From Nymphaea colorata (lineage: Eukaryota): 64,000 nt of DNA. The translations under genes and the position numbers were made by a program. The DNA lies in NCBI RefSeq assembly GCF_008831285.2, contig NC_045138.2, forward strand, positions 31,186,001 to 31,250,000, in the 5' to 3' direction. Within the stretch, counting starts at the first letter, position 1. Every line of letters begins with the position of its first letter. The notes under the pieces are model-generated. The model saw only the letters and a program-made list of their open reading frames with translations, was not told the DNA's origin and searched no databases. This document shows positions 13,755 to 26,322 of this stretch, piece after piece.

Positions 13755-16700
13755 TCAACCGAATCTCCGTCTACCTCTTCCTCTACCTCTACCTCTGCCC
13801 ACACGTCCACCTTCAGCTTGTATTCCTTCTCTTCCAAAGTTGAACATACTCATGCGTATTTTGTCTGCTTCAGATTCATGACACCCTGCAAACTGAACAT
13901 AATCAAGCAGCAAAGAATGATCAGGAAAAAGAAAAGCTCATTGAGAAATATAAAAAAAGAAGATGCTCACATTTTGATCTTCCAAATTTAATTGTCTCTG
14001 TAGCTGCCTAGCAATTTCTTCATCACTTCTTACATCTAAACCAGTCTCAAGTTTGCCTGAGATCCCGGTGGTGGATTTTCTTTTCTCCCATTCATCCAGC
14101 GTAAAAACTGCTGGTTCTTCAGCTTTTCCTTTACCACGCTGCCTTGTGCCTCTCCCACGCATAGGTTGCCTGCCATCCTTGTCTGGTTTGTTCATTCTTC
14201 CAAATAGTTTTTGGGCAGCAGCTTGATTTTGAATAGGGACAGCATCTGAAACTGCAGCAGATAGAGAGACATAAGCAACAGAATAGTTGCCACAAGGCCA
14301 TGAAGTGAACAGGCAAATAGAGAAGGGTGGTCTCAACAGGTCAATCCAATATTCTGAGTGCTACAGAGGGACTCTACAATGCTCAAGCAGTCCAACTTGA
14401 TCATTAACCTACTTTGGCGAGCAAATTTGTATCAAGATTAGCATCTTGTACCCCATTAGACCCAGGCAAGTGCAAAGAAAAATATACAGAAAGCACACTC
14501 CCATATACACACACAAAAGCCTGACCAAGATCACTTGAAGAAAAGATTCCACGGTGACTGTCACAGTATCCAACTAAATCTGGTCTAGATCTGATGCTGA
14601 TCCATAGAGGTATCCATTAAACTACTATATTAGGCTTTCTGGAAGCTTTGGATCAAACCCTAAGCAACCCCTGTAACGCCTCCTAAACATAACTAATAAG
14701 TTGACGTTAGACAGTTACATGTGCAGTGCTTAATCAGGTGATGACTTTGAAACAAATTGACTGTTATGTGGCTGATGTTGCTCATCAGGGTCGAAGGCAA
14801 CCTTGACAGCTTCCCACCACAATAACATGCATTGGTCAAATTCCTGCTTTTTGAAAGGCTAGATAAGGTTGACATCCTATATTACTGGAGTTAATGCTAG
14901 GAATCAAAAACATACTTTCTTTTGGCCTGGAACTGGAGGAAGCAGACTTCTCCTCGTCTCTCTCTGAAGTTGACTCTGTTATGCAAGAGCGACCTTGAAC
15001 AGTAGCATCAGAAACATGAGTTTCATGGGCACCACGATAACCCTCAGTGCCCCTAGCCCTTATTGCATCAGAACATCGTTCCAGATGAGGTTGAACCATA
15101 TTCTTTGCAATAAACTCTGATGAACCTGTAAAAACAACATCAACTTCAGACACTGTATACAAGAAATCATTTACCATGTGACCACAGTGACTCACTGTTC
15201 AGGAATACAGGAAAAGTTGTGGCGACCTAACTTCCTATCATACCAATATGCTTTTCGTAAAACCCTTTCCTTGAACAAATTTGCTAGCTTTGCAAGCATA
15301 GTCTGTGGAATGAAGTACATGATATACTGATCAAGCATCCTTCACCCTTCGATTTATGACACAAAAAGAGCAAATTTTCTTGTGATCTTTATTCTAATCT
15401 TTCCAAGTCAATAGGCAATCTACTAATTTTAATCAGATTTGTTTAATCCAAAGAGCTCTGGAGCAGCTATCTAGAATGTTGCTTCATGTGCATCAAGAAT
15501 CAACACATCCCCAAACTGAAAATTTTACCTGGATGGAAATTCAATTTTAGCATTTTCTTGACATGCAAACAACTTTTGACGGAGATATTAAAATCATCAA
15601 ACTAAACAACTGGACTCTCAATATGCTCAAACATGGAAAAGGACCTGAAGCCCAGAAAGATTCACAAAGCAATGCTACATAATGAGCAGAATCCACGTCT
15701 CAATTGCAAGTTCCATTACTTAATTTTGATGACTGTCATAACAGAAGGGATACTTGGGACGAAGTTGCCTTGGAGTCTTTAATGCAGCTGATGCATGGGC
15801 ATGGCTGATTAACATGTAGGAGACACAACATAGGATATCCATTTAAAAATTCAAAACTGACATTTTTTTATAAACATGACTATTAGAAAATGGTAACTTC
15901 AAAAAATAATTCAGTGGTAACTCTACATCTCCACAATACTTGTGAATTGGTAATTTGTTGGTGTGTGACTCCATATAAAGACCCAGTCACAAAAAAATGA
16001 GAGACAGATCCAATTCTTTATTTCTTCTAGCTGTAAGTTGATGATGGATGGGAGTTTATTCCAACTCCGAACATATTTACATGCGTTGGTAAGCTGAGAA
16101 GCGTATGCATCAAAGGTCAAAAGATAACCAATAGTTTTTCAAGAAACTTGAAAATGGATAATACAGGAAACAGAAAGAGGCTATGCATATGACATAACTG
16201 CTCTGTGGCTTGCACCCTTGAAGGTGAGAACTGACTTGCAACTTCTCAAATGGTGGAGGACCTACAGAGTCCGTATTTTGAGACAGCTTCAAATGAGAAC
16301 GAGAAAATCCAGAATACTTCCGACTAATCTGCCACTCTTCATAAAGAGATTGCACCAGACCACCTAGCACGGTGATCATTTTGGATTCCAGGCATAATAT
16401 GCCACTGTGTATTGGTATTTTGTTCTCCAACCGAACCTACATAATAACATTTATTAAAAAACATAAAGACCAGAGCAAAAAGAAGTTTAGATCAGTTTAA
16501 TGTAAGTATTAGAATACAGATCTTTTAAAGGCATGCCACACAGATGGCATCAATAAAAGAGCAAACTCAACATGTGTGAGAAACGATATCTGGATATATA
16601 ATTGAAAAATAGTAGCCCAAACTTCACTTCTGACATCTTTAACTAGATGGCCTTTAGATTATTAATAAGAAATAAATTGCCAATGCAAAAAAAAAAAAGG

Positions 16701-19700
16701 GAAAAAGAGAAAACCACAGACATTAAAATAGTGGAGGCAATGAAGCATAATACAAAATCCCAGGGAAGACTCAAAAAGATGCAGACAGGGACATCCATTT
16801 GACGAATTCCATCAAATAAATCAGGAACATTGATGATCATTCTAAAAATTACAACGCACATGCCCTAGACCTACGGCACATGGACACATCAAACAGCTGC
16901 CACATCAACTCAACTCAGGTGTGGATGTGGGTGCAGTGTGTGTTGGTCTGGATGTTCATACATATGCTATATATATTTTGAGTATTGAGAAATATGAGCA
17001 CTAATATGCACTACCTTCAAATATCTGATTTTATTTAATTATATGGTTATCAGCACCACCAACTGAAAAAGAGAGAGTTAACCAGCTTCCATCTCAAGAA
17101 GCTAACTGTCACTTTGTCAAAAAGATACTTTACAGGTCTCCATTTGTGGACCACCTCAATGCTGTTACTTAGACAGTTCATGGGGTTGCAAACAAGTACT
17201 TCTATTCTAAAAACCCTGTATACATAGACACACACAGAGACATGCACACACACATGTGCCACATCTGCAAAATTTTTCAGAAGTGTGCTGCATGTGCATT
17301 TAAGATTTACTGAAAACACCACACTCACATCAGCATTCGTGAGACACAGCTATCAACGTCTTCCAAGACCTATGAGGGGAACTAATGACCTTTCCAAGAT
17401 CTATGATCAGAACCAGTGGAATCACCAAATCAGTCACCTTTTACTTTAGTATGTGTTTCATAATGGAGCAGATTCCTGACTTATATGATGATCAATATGA
17501 CAAACTAACTTTTTCTACTTCCTTCGCCTGCAGTGGTCGATGCAAATAGGTGGAAACCAGGCTCGAGTTGAAAACTATTCATAAGGAAGAGAATTTGCCT
17601 TTTTTGCAAGGTCTGACTTCTCATAGCAAGCCTCTGTCTGGAAATGCCAACTACCAAGAGGAAGGTAGAGAAACCATCATTCCTTGCAAATGATGCACTA
17701 AAAAGAATATATCAACATGGAGAAAGAATAACCAGTTTGGGAGCCGTGGTTGCCTGTTTTATGTGCGACATACATGAACAAAGCTTGGATTTATCTGGCC
17801 TTGCCTTTCATTCTCATGTCAAAAACTGTATGAATTCAAGCGATAAAAGAAATCTTAGTCCACATTTCTCCAAATTAGAAGGCAACTGAATTTGTCATCC
17901 ACCTTCCTGAAAGCATGGACATGCCATGTGATCACCTCAGATTTGAGGCTCTGCCATTCTGTGTTGTTCTTCATTCAATGGTGAGACAAGGATGACATCT
18001 TATGGTCAAAATCAAGGATAACAGATCCATCCACCAGGACACTTCAAATAAAATTTTGGTAACCTGGAAGCTTATTAGTTAGAGAACTAATTCAAGTGAG
18101 CAGCTTAGCAACTATAGACCTGGAATCTTAGTAGCTAGAGAATTAATCCAAGTGAGCAACTTAACCACTCATGCCTTCCATGCATCTAGAAGAAGCCTAG
18201 AACACCTTATGGCACTATTCTTTACATTAATGAATGCTCTACAGTCAACACACTTAAGAATAGCAATAACATAAAGAAGATGCTCCAAATTAAGTTAATT
18301 ACAGAGAAACTTACATAAGAATAAATAAACAAATAATCTATGTGAATTATTAGTGTTCCTGCAGAGGCATAGTAGGAACTTGATCCACCAATGCTATTTG
18401 TTGCAATTGCAATCTAGAAAACTAGAACTTCCAATGTGAAGCTTGGGGGAAATCATAAAAATTGAAAATTTTTCATGACCAACATATCCTAAAATAGAAT
18501 GTAATGACAAAAATAACCTAAAACAGAAGGCCACATCATCTTTGTTTGCATTCAGAAATAGGAACTAGCCATTTGATTTAAATAGACGATATGTAACGAT
18601 ATGTAGCATTATCAACCTTTGTGCCAGGAATAATTTCTTCTGTGATTGATAATAATGGAGTATACTCTATGGCGGTTACTTCTGAATAACCATCAGTAAG
18701 ACAAAACATCAGAAGCCTTTTAGAGTTTTTGAATGATACTTCAGTGCTACTTTGATGAACATCTCTGACAGACATAACCTGCTTCAAAAGAAAAACACAA
18801 ATTACAATTACAGAGAAGCAGACCTGTTTAAGATAAATTATATTTTATGTACGAACACAACCAGCACATCATTGCTCAGGTTGTCACAAAATGACTTCCA
18901 TCATGTAAAAATATGGGGGAAAAAATAAAAAGTTATAACTAACAGAACTCTAAAACTGTTGCCTAAGGCCCTAAACATGATTTACAGAACTAAGTACGCC
19001 AAAGAATGTACTTCCACAGAGTATTCTGGACTACAATAGTTCTTCACTTGTGGGTCTGTGTGTGCTATTCTTAGTTTCTGATGTCGCTAACCCTTATGTG
19101 ACTAAGGTTAACCATTATAAGCTCTGTTGTCCTTTTGTCTCTTGTGGTTGATTTATGCACTGGGAAAGAGATTTGTAAGAGAGTTGTGAGACGAGAAGTT
19201 CGACATTCCCCTGAGGAATGTCTCACTGGAGCGAGGATGCCTTAAGGAGTGAAGGTGTAAGCATAGTCCCCTGAAGCCGAGGATTCTAATGGCCGAGCTG
19301 AGTTTCACAAAGGCAACTTCGATTGGTTATCGCCTAGCAAAAGAGGAGGACGAGTTAGACAGGTGAGCATTATGATGAACTCAGGAATCCCCAGAAGGGC
19401 TAAGCCACAATGATTAGACTTCACTTCACAAGTTGTGTGAAGAATAGTAGCCTAGTAGGTGGAGCTCAAAGGGAGAAAAGTGCTTCAGTTGTTGCATGAC
19501 ATTGACAGTGAGCATTCTAATGCAAGTTGATCGCAATGAGGAGATCACAGCAACCTAATCCGGTGACCCTGCACGCCCTTCGCTTGATGTCTTCAAAAGA
19601 TACATATAGCCCATACAAACTAAGCATAAAATGGTACGCTCCTGACCATAAATTCTTAGTGTGCCAATTGAAAGGGGTAGACGAAGAGGATGAATCAGCA

Positions 19701-20546
19701 TGGGAGGTCGTGATTGTAGTCATTCAAGTGGTGATGAGGATACAGTTGGAAGCACACACTGTAGTAAGAAAAGCAAACCGAGCAACAGTCTTGAATCAAA
19801 GGGAAAGGCATAACGGAAGGTGGTACAGGACAATTCAGCTATATAACCTCTTCCGGTAATCTAGGGTAAGAGAGGCAAAGAAAAAATTACCACAAAAGAG
19901 GTCGAATCGAGATCGGACAGACCATCCACATCCTCTACAACTTCATACCGTGCATGAAAGAACACTAACTTCTGAACTTTACAAACTAATAGATATACCA
20001 TGGCTTCTGCAACTTCTTGCCTTCGGCAAATATCGTTTTTTTCACTCAACAGAATAGAGATGTAAACAAAAAAGAATAACAAAAAACCCATTGAATGACA
20101 GACTTACCACAAGAACGTCTCTTTCAGAAACTAGGAATTGGCCAAAAATATCAAATGATTAAATTGGAACTGAAAGGGAAGAGCTATCCAAATTCCAGTA
20201 AATCTTCAGCGTTTGGCAGAAACTCGTTCACGAATATAAAATCCTTACAGGGAAAAAAGAAGCAAACGCAAAAACCGAAAGCAGGTGGACGTGGGCATGC
20301 CTGCAAGACTTTAGGGCCTTGAAGATGAGATGATTTCTTCAAAAGGGAAGGGTCGGGCAGTGATCTCCCACCGATTTCTCTCAGATCCATGTTGAGCAAC
20401 TCTGCCTCCATCGTTTTCTCATCAACGACACCGGTGGTCGTGGCAAAAGCAGATAACGCGCCGATGGTTTCGTCGGCGTCCCTGAAGCACCATCCCGCCG
20501 ACGTAAGGGATCTCAAAATGGCCTCCATTCGAGCTCTTCCGTCCAT
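13755..20546 (-). CDS. TDRD3: Tudor domain-containing protein 3-like (RMI1_N/DUF1767 plus OB-fold; C-terminal RG repeats), 424 aa, 6 exons
   Basis: Exons 20546-20301, 18778-18617, 16436-16199, 15125-14916, 14251-13971 and 13892-13755; total 1275 nt, phases consistent, intron 1 GC-AG. Motifs: LLNMDLREIGGRSLP, LQGPKVLQV.SVRD, RLLMFCLTDG...AIEY...PGTKVRL...GILCL...VLGG.V..LYEEW, PPPFEKL, PIQNQAAAQKL, FTLDEWE, DEEIARQLQ, IRMSMF and RGRGRGRGRRRFG-stop. Confidence 0.88.
19400..19860 (+). mobile_element. Possible decayed Ty3/gypsy gag-protease fragment inside TDRD3 intron 1
   Basis: Frame 19527-19859 reads KWYAPDHKFLVCQL..VDEEDE...IQLEAH, loosely like the chromovirus post-gag motif KW.PGHKC followed by an acidic stretch. 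The match is weak. Confidence 0.3.
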
Positions 20547-21310
20547 CTTCCCGGGGCTCTCTCCCTCTCCCGCTCTCTGCACAAAAGAAATTAAACACAG
20601 TTCCAAAACCGGTAAATATCGTGCAAAATATCTCCATATTTAAAATAAAATTTGCCTTTTCGTTGAAAATATAAAATAAAGGTGCAATCACCCGTTTTTT
20701 TTTCAAATCCAAAGATCACATGAAAGGCCATAAAAAGAAAAATATAGAAAAGCTCTTATACATATAAGAAATCAAAAGCCGTGTCGCATATTCTTTAAAA
20801 TGAAGGATCGTCAAATTATCTCATGCACATTTAGTTTGGACAATTTATCTTTATGCAAGTAAATTTGGACAACAGTTCAGTATCATCGATGAGATCAAAT
20901 ATATAAAACACTTTCTACGCAGGACTCCATAGTTATAGTAGCAATATATCAAATGCTTTCCAAGTGAACTCAGATATATTCACCTCGAACCTCTGCATAA
21001 ATAACTTTACATTCAATAATACTTCAGGTCGAGCAGTACTCAATTGTAGCAGTTTTATGGTATTTGTCAAACACATAATAAGGTGTTTTGATGATTCCCT
21101 TCTGAGCGTCCTCCACCAGAAACCATGGTTAGCAACTAAATTGAATGCATGTCTCTTTTATTTAAGAACTTAAATGTTGTCATTCTTAATTACTTTTATG
21201 TTAAGAAAAGGTGCCATGCTAATTCTCCTTCCTGTCATATAAACTAAATATCATAAGAAGCATTTGACTGGAGGGAGGCTCATATATATAGTCTGGACGT
21301 CCGGTGTATC

Positions 21311-21609
21311 TAAGGCTGGGCACCGGGCCGAGGCCGCTGTCGGGTACATGATACCTGGTCCGACTCGTGCCCCGGCCCGGGAAAAAGGAACCCAGACCGG
21401 CCTGACTCGTTATCAGGCCAATTCGAGTGAGCCCGATTTAGGCCTGATAATTTATTTTTTAATTATTTTATTAATATATATTTATAATATTTTATATTAA
21501 AAAATACATTTTTAGCTGGACCCAAACCGGGCTCGGCCCGATTTTTGGATGTTGGGCCGGTCCGAGTCTTACTCGTTATCGAGTCAAGCCGACCCGATGC
21601 CCAGGCTTA
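21311..21609. mobile_element. hAT-type MITE
   Basis: Imperfect TIRs taaggctgggcaccgggccg / ccgacccgatgcccaggctta, an AT-rich core, and 8-bp flanks ggtgtatc / agcgtatc (6/8 identical). Confidence 0.7.
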
Positions 21610-21749
21610 AGCGTATCTAATGGATTGCAGTTCCCTTCTCCGAGGGGGCGGCCATGAAAAGAGAAAGGGGAGATTTTCCGACGTGGGTGACGGAACACCT
21701 CACTGACGCAGCTCCCTTCTCCCTCATGCGGGCATTCTGATGGGGCTTT

Positions 21750-23500
21750 CAACCAATTCTTTGATGTAGCGATGACAAATTTCAATATCCTTTGATCAAC
21801 CATGAACTGTGGATTCTTAGTCATGGCAATTTTTCTAGATCTCATTTTGAATAACTTGTTCAAAATTTTGTGGTTGACAAAATAACAATGTAAAATCACA
21901 TTTTTATAAATTTCATAAAATTTTCTCATACTTTTAGAAGGACAATCTGCTTCACTGCTCAAGTTTTTCATGCTTTTATTGCTTGATCCTGACCTTGTAG
22001 ATATGATTTTGTTGATTTTGAGTCTTAACTCCATTCACTTGATTCATCAAAGAATTAGGTCTCTTTAAGTTACAAGGATGAATTTTTGGATTAAAGAGAT
22101 GAAAAGTGTTAGAAATATCACCTAATAAAAAAAATACTCATTTTCCTTCTCATCAAACTTTATCAGTCATGAGATAAGATTTTCTTTTTTAATATACGCA
22201 ATGCAGCCAAAGACTTTCAGATAATTTTCCCTTAGCTTTTGCATGGTTATGCTTCATAAGAAGTTACAAATGGGCTTTGTAAAAAATATGATCAAGACGT
22301 GCACTGCAGTATGAACAACTCCAACCCAAAAAATTATTTGGAAGGTTTTTAAATTTTGGCATGCTTCTTGTCATTTTAACAATTATTCTACTATCACTTT
22401 CAATGACTCTATTCTACTCCAAGTTTTTTTTTTTTTTTTCCAGTTGTTAACAATCTTTTAACGTCATACTCGTTGCAGTAGTCTCAGAATTCATTTGATA
22501 TAAACTGCCAACCTCAATCTGTTCTCAAAATTTTTAAGTTGAACTTGCTTTCATTTTCTAATATGCTTTGCACTATTTGAACATTTCTGACTCGAGATGA
22601 AAAAAATAAACTCACATCATTCAGCTTACATTGAAATGCTTATTCTAAATTGTTTGGCTTAGACCTAGATATGTGCTTTTTATGTGCCTGTAAAGAAATC
22701 ATTAGTTTGTATAACAATAAAGGCCGAAATACGCTTTGGTTTTTAATTGCCGCAACAATATAAATATTTTTAGACGAAAAGCTCCGTAGAACTTTTTTCA
22801 ACAATCTTTTTATCTTTAAAGAGAATTTTTTTTTGTTCTCCTGCTTAAATAGCATGTCAAACTCTCTCCAAAGATATTGGAGTTTGATCCATATGACTTC
22901 CCCAGAACTTCAGAAACTTTTTTTCAAGATATTTCATATTTATTTTGATTTTGAATCAAAGGCATTGGAGTTTGATTGATAAGACTTTCTCAGAGCCTTC
23001 ATTTTTCTTTAAGATATTTCATATTTATTTTGCTTTTGAATAATTCACAATAAGATGAAATCTTGACTTATTTAGCCCTTGTTGAATAAAGAGGAATAAA
23101 GAGAGACTCCCCAAAATTTAAAGCGTTCACCGTCATATATTGCTACTTGATTTTTGAGAAAAGTTGAAATCATTATTCATTATAGTTGGTGGAACTTGAT
23201 ACCATGGAATTGTTGAAAGCATTTCTTTCTCAAGCCAAGCTTTTATACCAAACTCGTTGGACCAAAGTAAGCATATAAAGCAAACATTTCGATACAAAAA
23301 TATTCAAGAAATGTTGAAATACAATCATCATATTCAAGAAATGTTTACAATTTTCAAGGTATTTTTGGAAGATCAAGAGGCCTTCTTTCATTCAACCCTA
23401 CATATTTTTTCTTTTGTTTGGATTTGGATCTCAAAATTTTGGAGGATGCCAAAGTTGAAGAATGAAGACCAGGAATCAAAAGTCTCTTAAAACTTTTTCC
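21750..23500 (-). mobile_element. Highly decayed Ty1/copia retrotransposon internal remnant (integrase region)
   Basis: Minus strand at about 22190-22420 gives NRVIE.DSRIIVKMTRSM.KFKNLPNNF / FWVGVVHTAVHVL / NYLKVFGCIAYI. This matches the copia integrase pattern NGVAERKNRT..EM.RSM...LP..FW.EAV.TA.Y.LN...LKVFGC.AY. Many frameshifts; an internal ~90-bp duplication at about 22877-23040; boundaries approximate. Confidence 0.75.
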
Positions 23501-24349
23501 ACGACTCTTTAAGTCATGAGTACAGCTTGTCACACGGGAAATTTTTCCACGAACACGAAAGGCATAACTTTTTCTTCGGAAAAAAGAGTCGTGCCGTTCG
23601 GGGAAACACCGGGAGCCCCATAAATTTCCTCATTGCTTTGTGGGCATATTCCTCAACGATAAGATTCCACCAAATCCATTTTCGAAGGCTGTGACATCCC
23701 TGTCAAAAATCGATCAGATGATATTTTTCTGGTGTTGGCGGTATCTGGGTAAGTGGAAAAAATAAATTTTTTTTTGGCAAAATATCATAAAATATATATT
23801 TTTTTAGTTTTTGTAAATTATTTTAAAATACTTTTTGTTTTCTTGTGGATGCCGTCTCCCATCACGTAGTGCCAATTTATGATCGAAACTAATCGCACGG
23901 ATTTCCAAAGGCGATAAAGTCGGAGACGACTACCACCGGTAAAAGAATTTTACTTAGCATCTGGTGAAGGCTTATGTGAAAGACTTGCAGTCGCCAATCG
24001 AATCAGCCAACGAAATCCATCGAAGGAACCGACGAGAATAACGCATAGATTCAAAGCTTTAATCAACCAACAATAATTTTCTTCCTTCTTTTTGTTCATG
24101 TAATTGGGCATCATGAGAGGACGGAGATCATCGACGATCGATCGGATTTTCAAGAAAGACGCTGGTGTTTATTCAAGAACAAGGTCAACGCTTCACATCA
24201 AATCACACGACTTGCCTTACACAGAATGCACCCATCACACCCACAGGCAAACAACAACAAGAAGACGATCCACTACAGGAAGAACGACAAGGGAGCAAGA
24301 TCATGGCGGAAGGAAGAAGGCCACGATGGTGGCCTACGAACAGAATCGG

Positions 24350-24596
24350 CTAGCAGCAGCAACAGAGGACGTCTAAGCAACACTCGCACGTCTCAGCGCA
24401 GCAGAAGCAGCAGCAGGCGGCGAACAAGCTGCACCCACAAAACAAAATGGAAGAAAACCATCAGATTCTCTGAAAACAGGGAGAGATAGAAACAGGGAGG
24501 GAGAGAGACGAACCAGGCATAAAGGCAGCCCTTCTCTTCACGGCGGCGCTGGACATGATCGTAGTAAGACATGTCCTGGTTCCCTGGTGGATACAT
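24350..24596 (-). CDS. CDT1: Cadmium-tolerance 1 (CDT1)-like cysteine-rich peptide, CYSTM family, 53 aa, 2 exons (copy A)
   Basis: Exons 24596-24514 and 24428-24350, GT-AG intron. Protein [53 protein letters not shown] matches the CDT pattern QDMSYYDH...EEKGCLYAC...[14 protein letters not shown].LCCCC. Confidence 0.9.
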
Positions 24597-25199
24597 CCTT
24601 GTCCTCTGTCTGGATCACCGGATGGATAGAACGAAGAGACGAAGCAGAGGAAGAGAGAGAGAGGGAGTGACTGTGGAAAGTGGGAAGGAGAAGGGGAGAG
24701 GGGAGGGCTTTTTAATGGATAGGGAGGCGGCTCCACGGTCTCGAACCGACAGCTGGGAGTCTGAGATCATTGGCGTGGGAACACGCTGGCTGAGAAAGAG
24801 AGAGAATCCAATTCTACCACTTCTTCTCTCTCATCTCGCTTTCCTGCTCAGGCTTCACCAAAGTAAAGGCCCCATCAATAATGAACTCACTTAACTTTTT
24901 CGCAGTATGGAGATAAGATCGTCATGGCGCCATGGATTTGAAGCTGAGGACACTCGAACCCTATTAGCTTTAAAGATGTTTGATGCATAATTTTAACGAA
25001 TATCATGAGCTGAATCCAGTCTTTAGAGCAATGTTCAAACCCCCATTACACTGATTTTTATATATATAAAAGAAAGAGAAAACGAGATAAAAGGTTTATA
25101 AAACTAGTATTTATAACAAAATTTAGGAACAAGAAATTTCTTAAATATAAAAATCATCCGCAAAAACAAAAGCAAAAAACTGCAATATACAATACAATG

Positions 25200-26240
25200 C
25201 ATAGTAAAATAAGGGAGACATAAAAAGAGAGGAAAGATAGAGCGGCACAGTCATCCAACCACATATGGACAGTGGTGCCTTAACCGAATGACAAACTGAG
25301 CATACTCCTGCACAAGACGAACTACAGAATCTGGCGAAGATAATGTGCCCCTGAAGACCCTGTTGTTACGCTCCTCCTAAATGTGCCACCAAGGTGAAAT
25401 GAGTCACGACCTCCAAACACGACCACAAGAAGCAGACAGGTAGGGGGAATGACAAAAGAGGAGAAAAAGACGAATGGATGGTGAGTTTGAAAGACTACTA
25501 ACAAGGAAATGCCAGACAGAAGCAATGACACTAGAGAAGTAAAAAGGTGGACTCGATATTCAACCGCGACAAGAAAGAGGGGACACTGGTTAATCAAACT
25601 GATGCCAAGGCGCTGTAAGTGGTCAAAAATGTTGATGTGGTCAGTAAGAAGAAGCCAAACAAAAGCAATGGCACGAGGAGATGGGCCAGTAGACCAAAAG
25701 GATCCGGGTGGGAATGACGCAACAGAAGGACCAAAGGAGGCTAGGTAGCAAGAAGAAAAAGTGAACTCACGGATAGGTAAGAGAGGCCAAGATGAGGATG
25801 TAGACGATGAGCAGTCAGCAAGGTGGAGAAAAAAAAGAATGGTAGAAAGCATGTCGCATCAAAAGTGAGAGGGATATGTGTGAGAGATAGAACTATTCCA
25901 AACACTAGGGGAAGACAGGTTGAGTTTGGAACAAATGAATTGGGTGATAGGAGAATTCTCAGTTGCCAGATGCCACCACCAAGAACACAAAGAAGACTCG
26001 CATGCTTGACTAAGGTTAGTAATCTCAACACCCCCAAAAAGATGTGGAAAGACAACTACATCCCAATGCGCAAGGCGATCCGAAGGTCAATTACCATTCC
26101 AGATAAACTTACGAATAATCTTATCAAACTTACTCAGAACAACCACACATGCCGATAGACAGCCAGAGAGAGAAAGAGATAAAGGGAGAGGACCCATATG
26201 CCGAGTTGGGATGCACTTTTTCTGCCAGCCCAAGTGTATG
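25200..26240 (-). mobile_element. Degenerate L1-type LINE ORF2 3' fragment (post-RT region and zf-RVT)
   Basis: Minus strand reads VLSKFDKIIRKFIWNG...LAHWDVVVFP...GG and FWSTGPSPRAIAFVWLLLTDHINIFDHLQRLGISLINQCPL...EYRVHLF, typical of plant LINE ORF2. Frameshifted; boundaries approximate. Confidence 0.85.
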
Positions 26241-26288
26241 TTCACTTATACATGTATTTGTTGTGAGAAGTTATTGTAAGAATCTCAT

Positions 26289-26322
<34 letters not shown>

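Noticed and set aside
17640..17960. Possible LINE RT remnant (YLALPF resembling YLGLPL) in TDRD3 intron 2
   Set aside because: A single weak motif is not enough to call.
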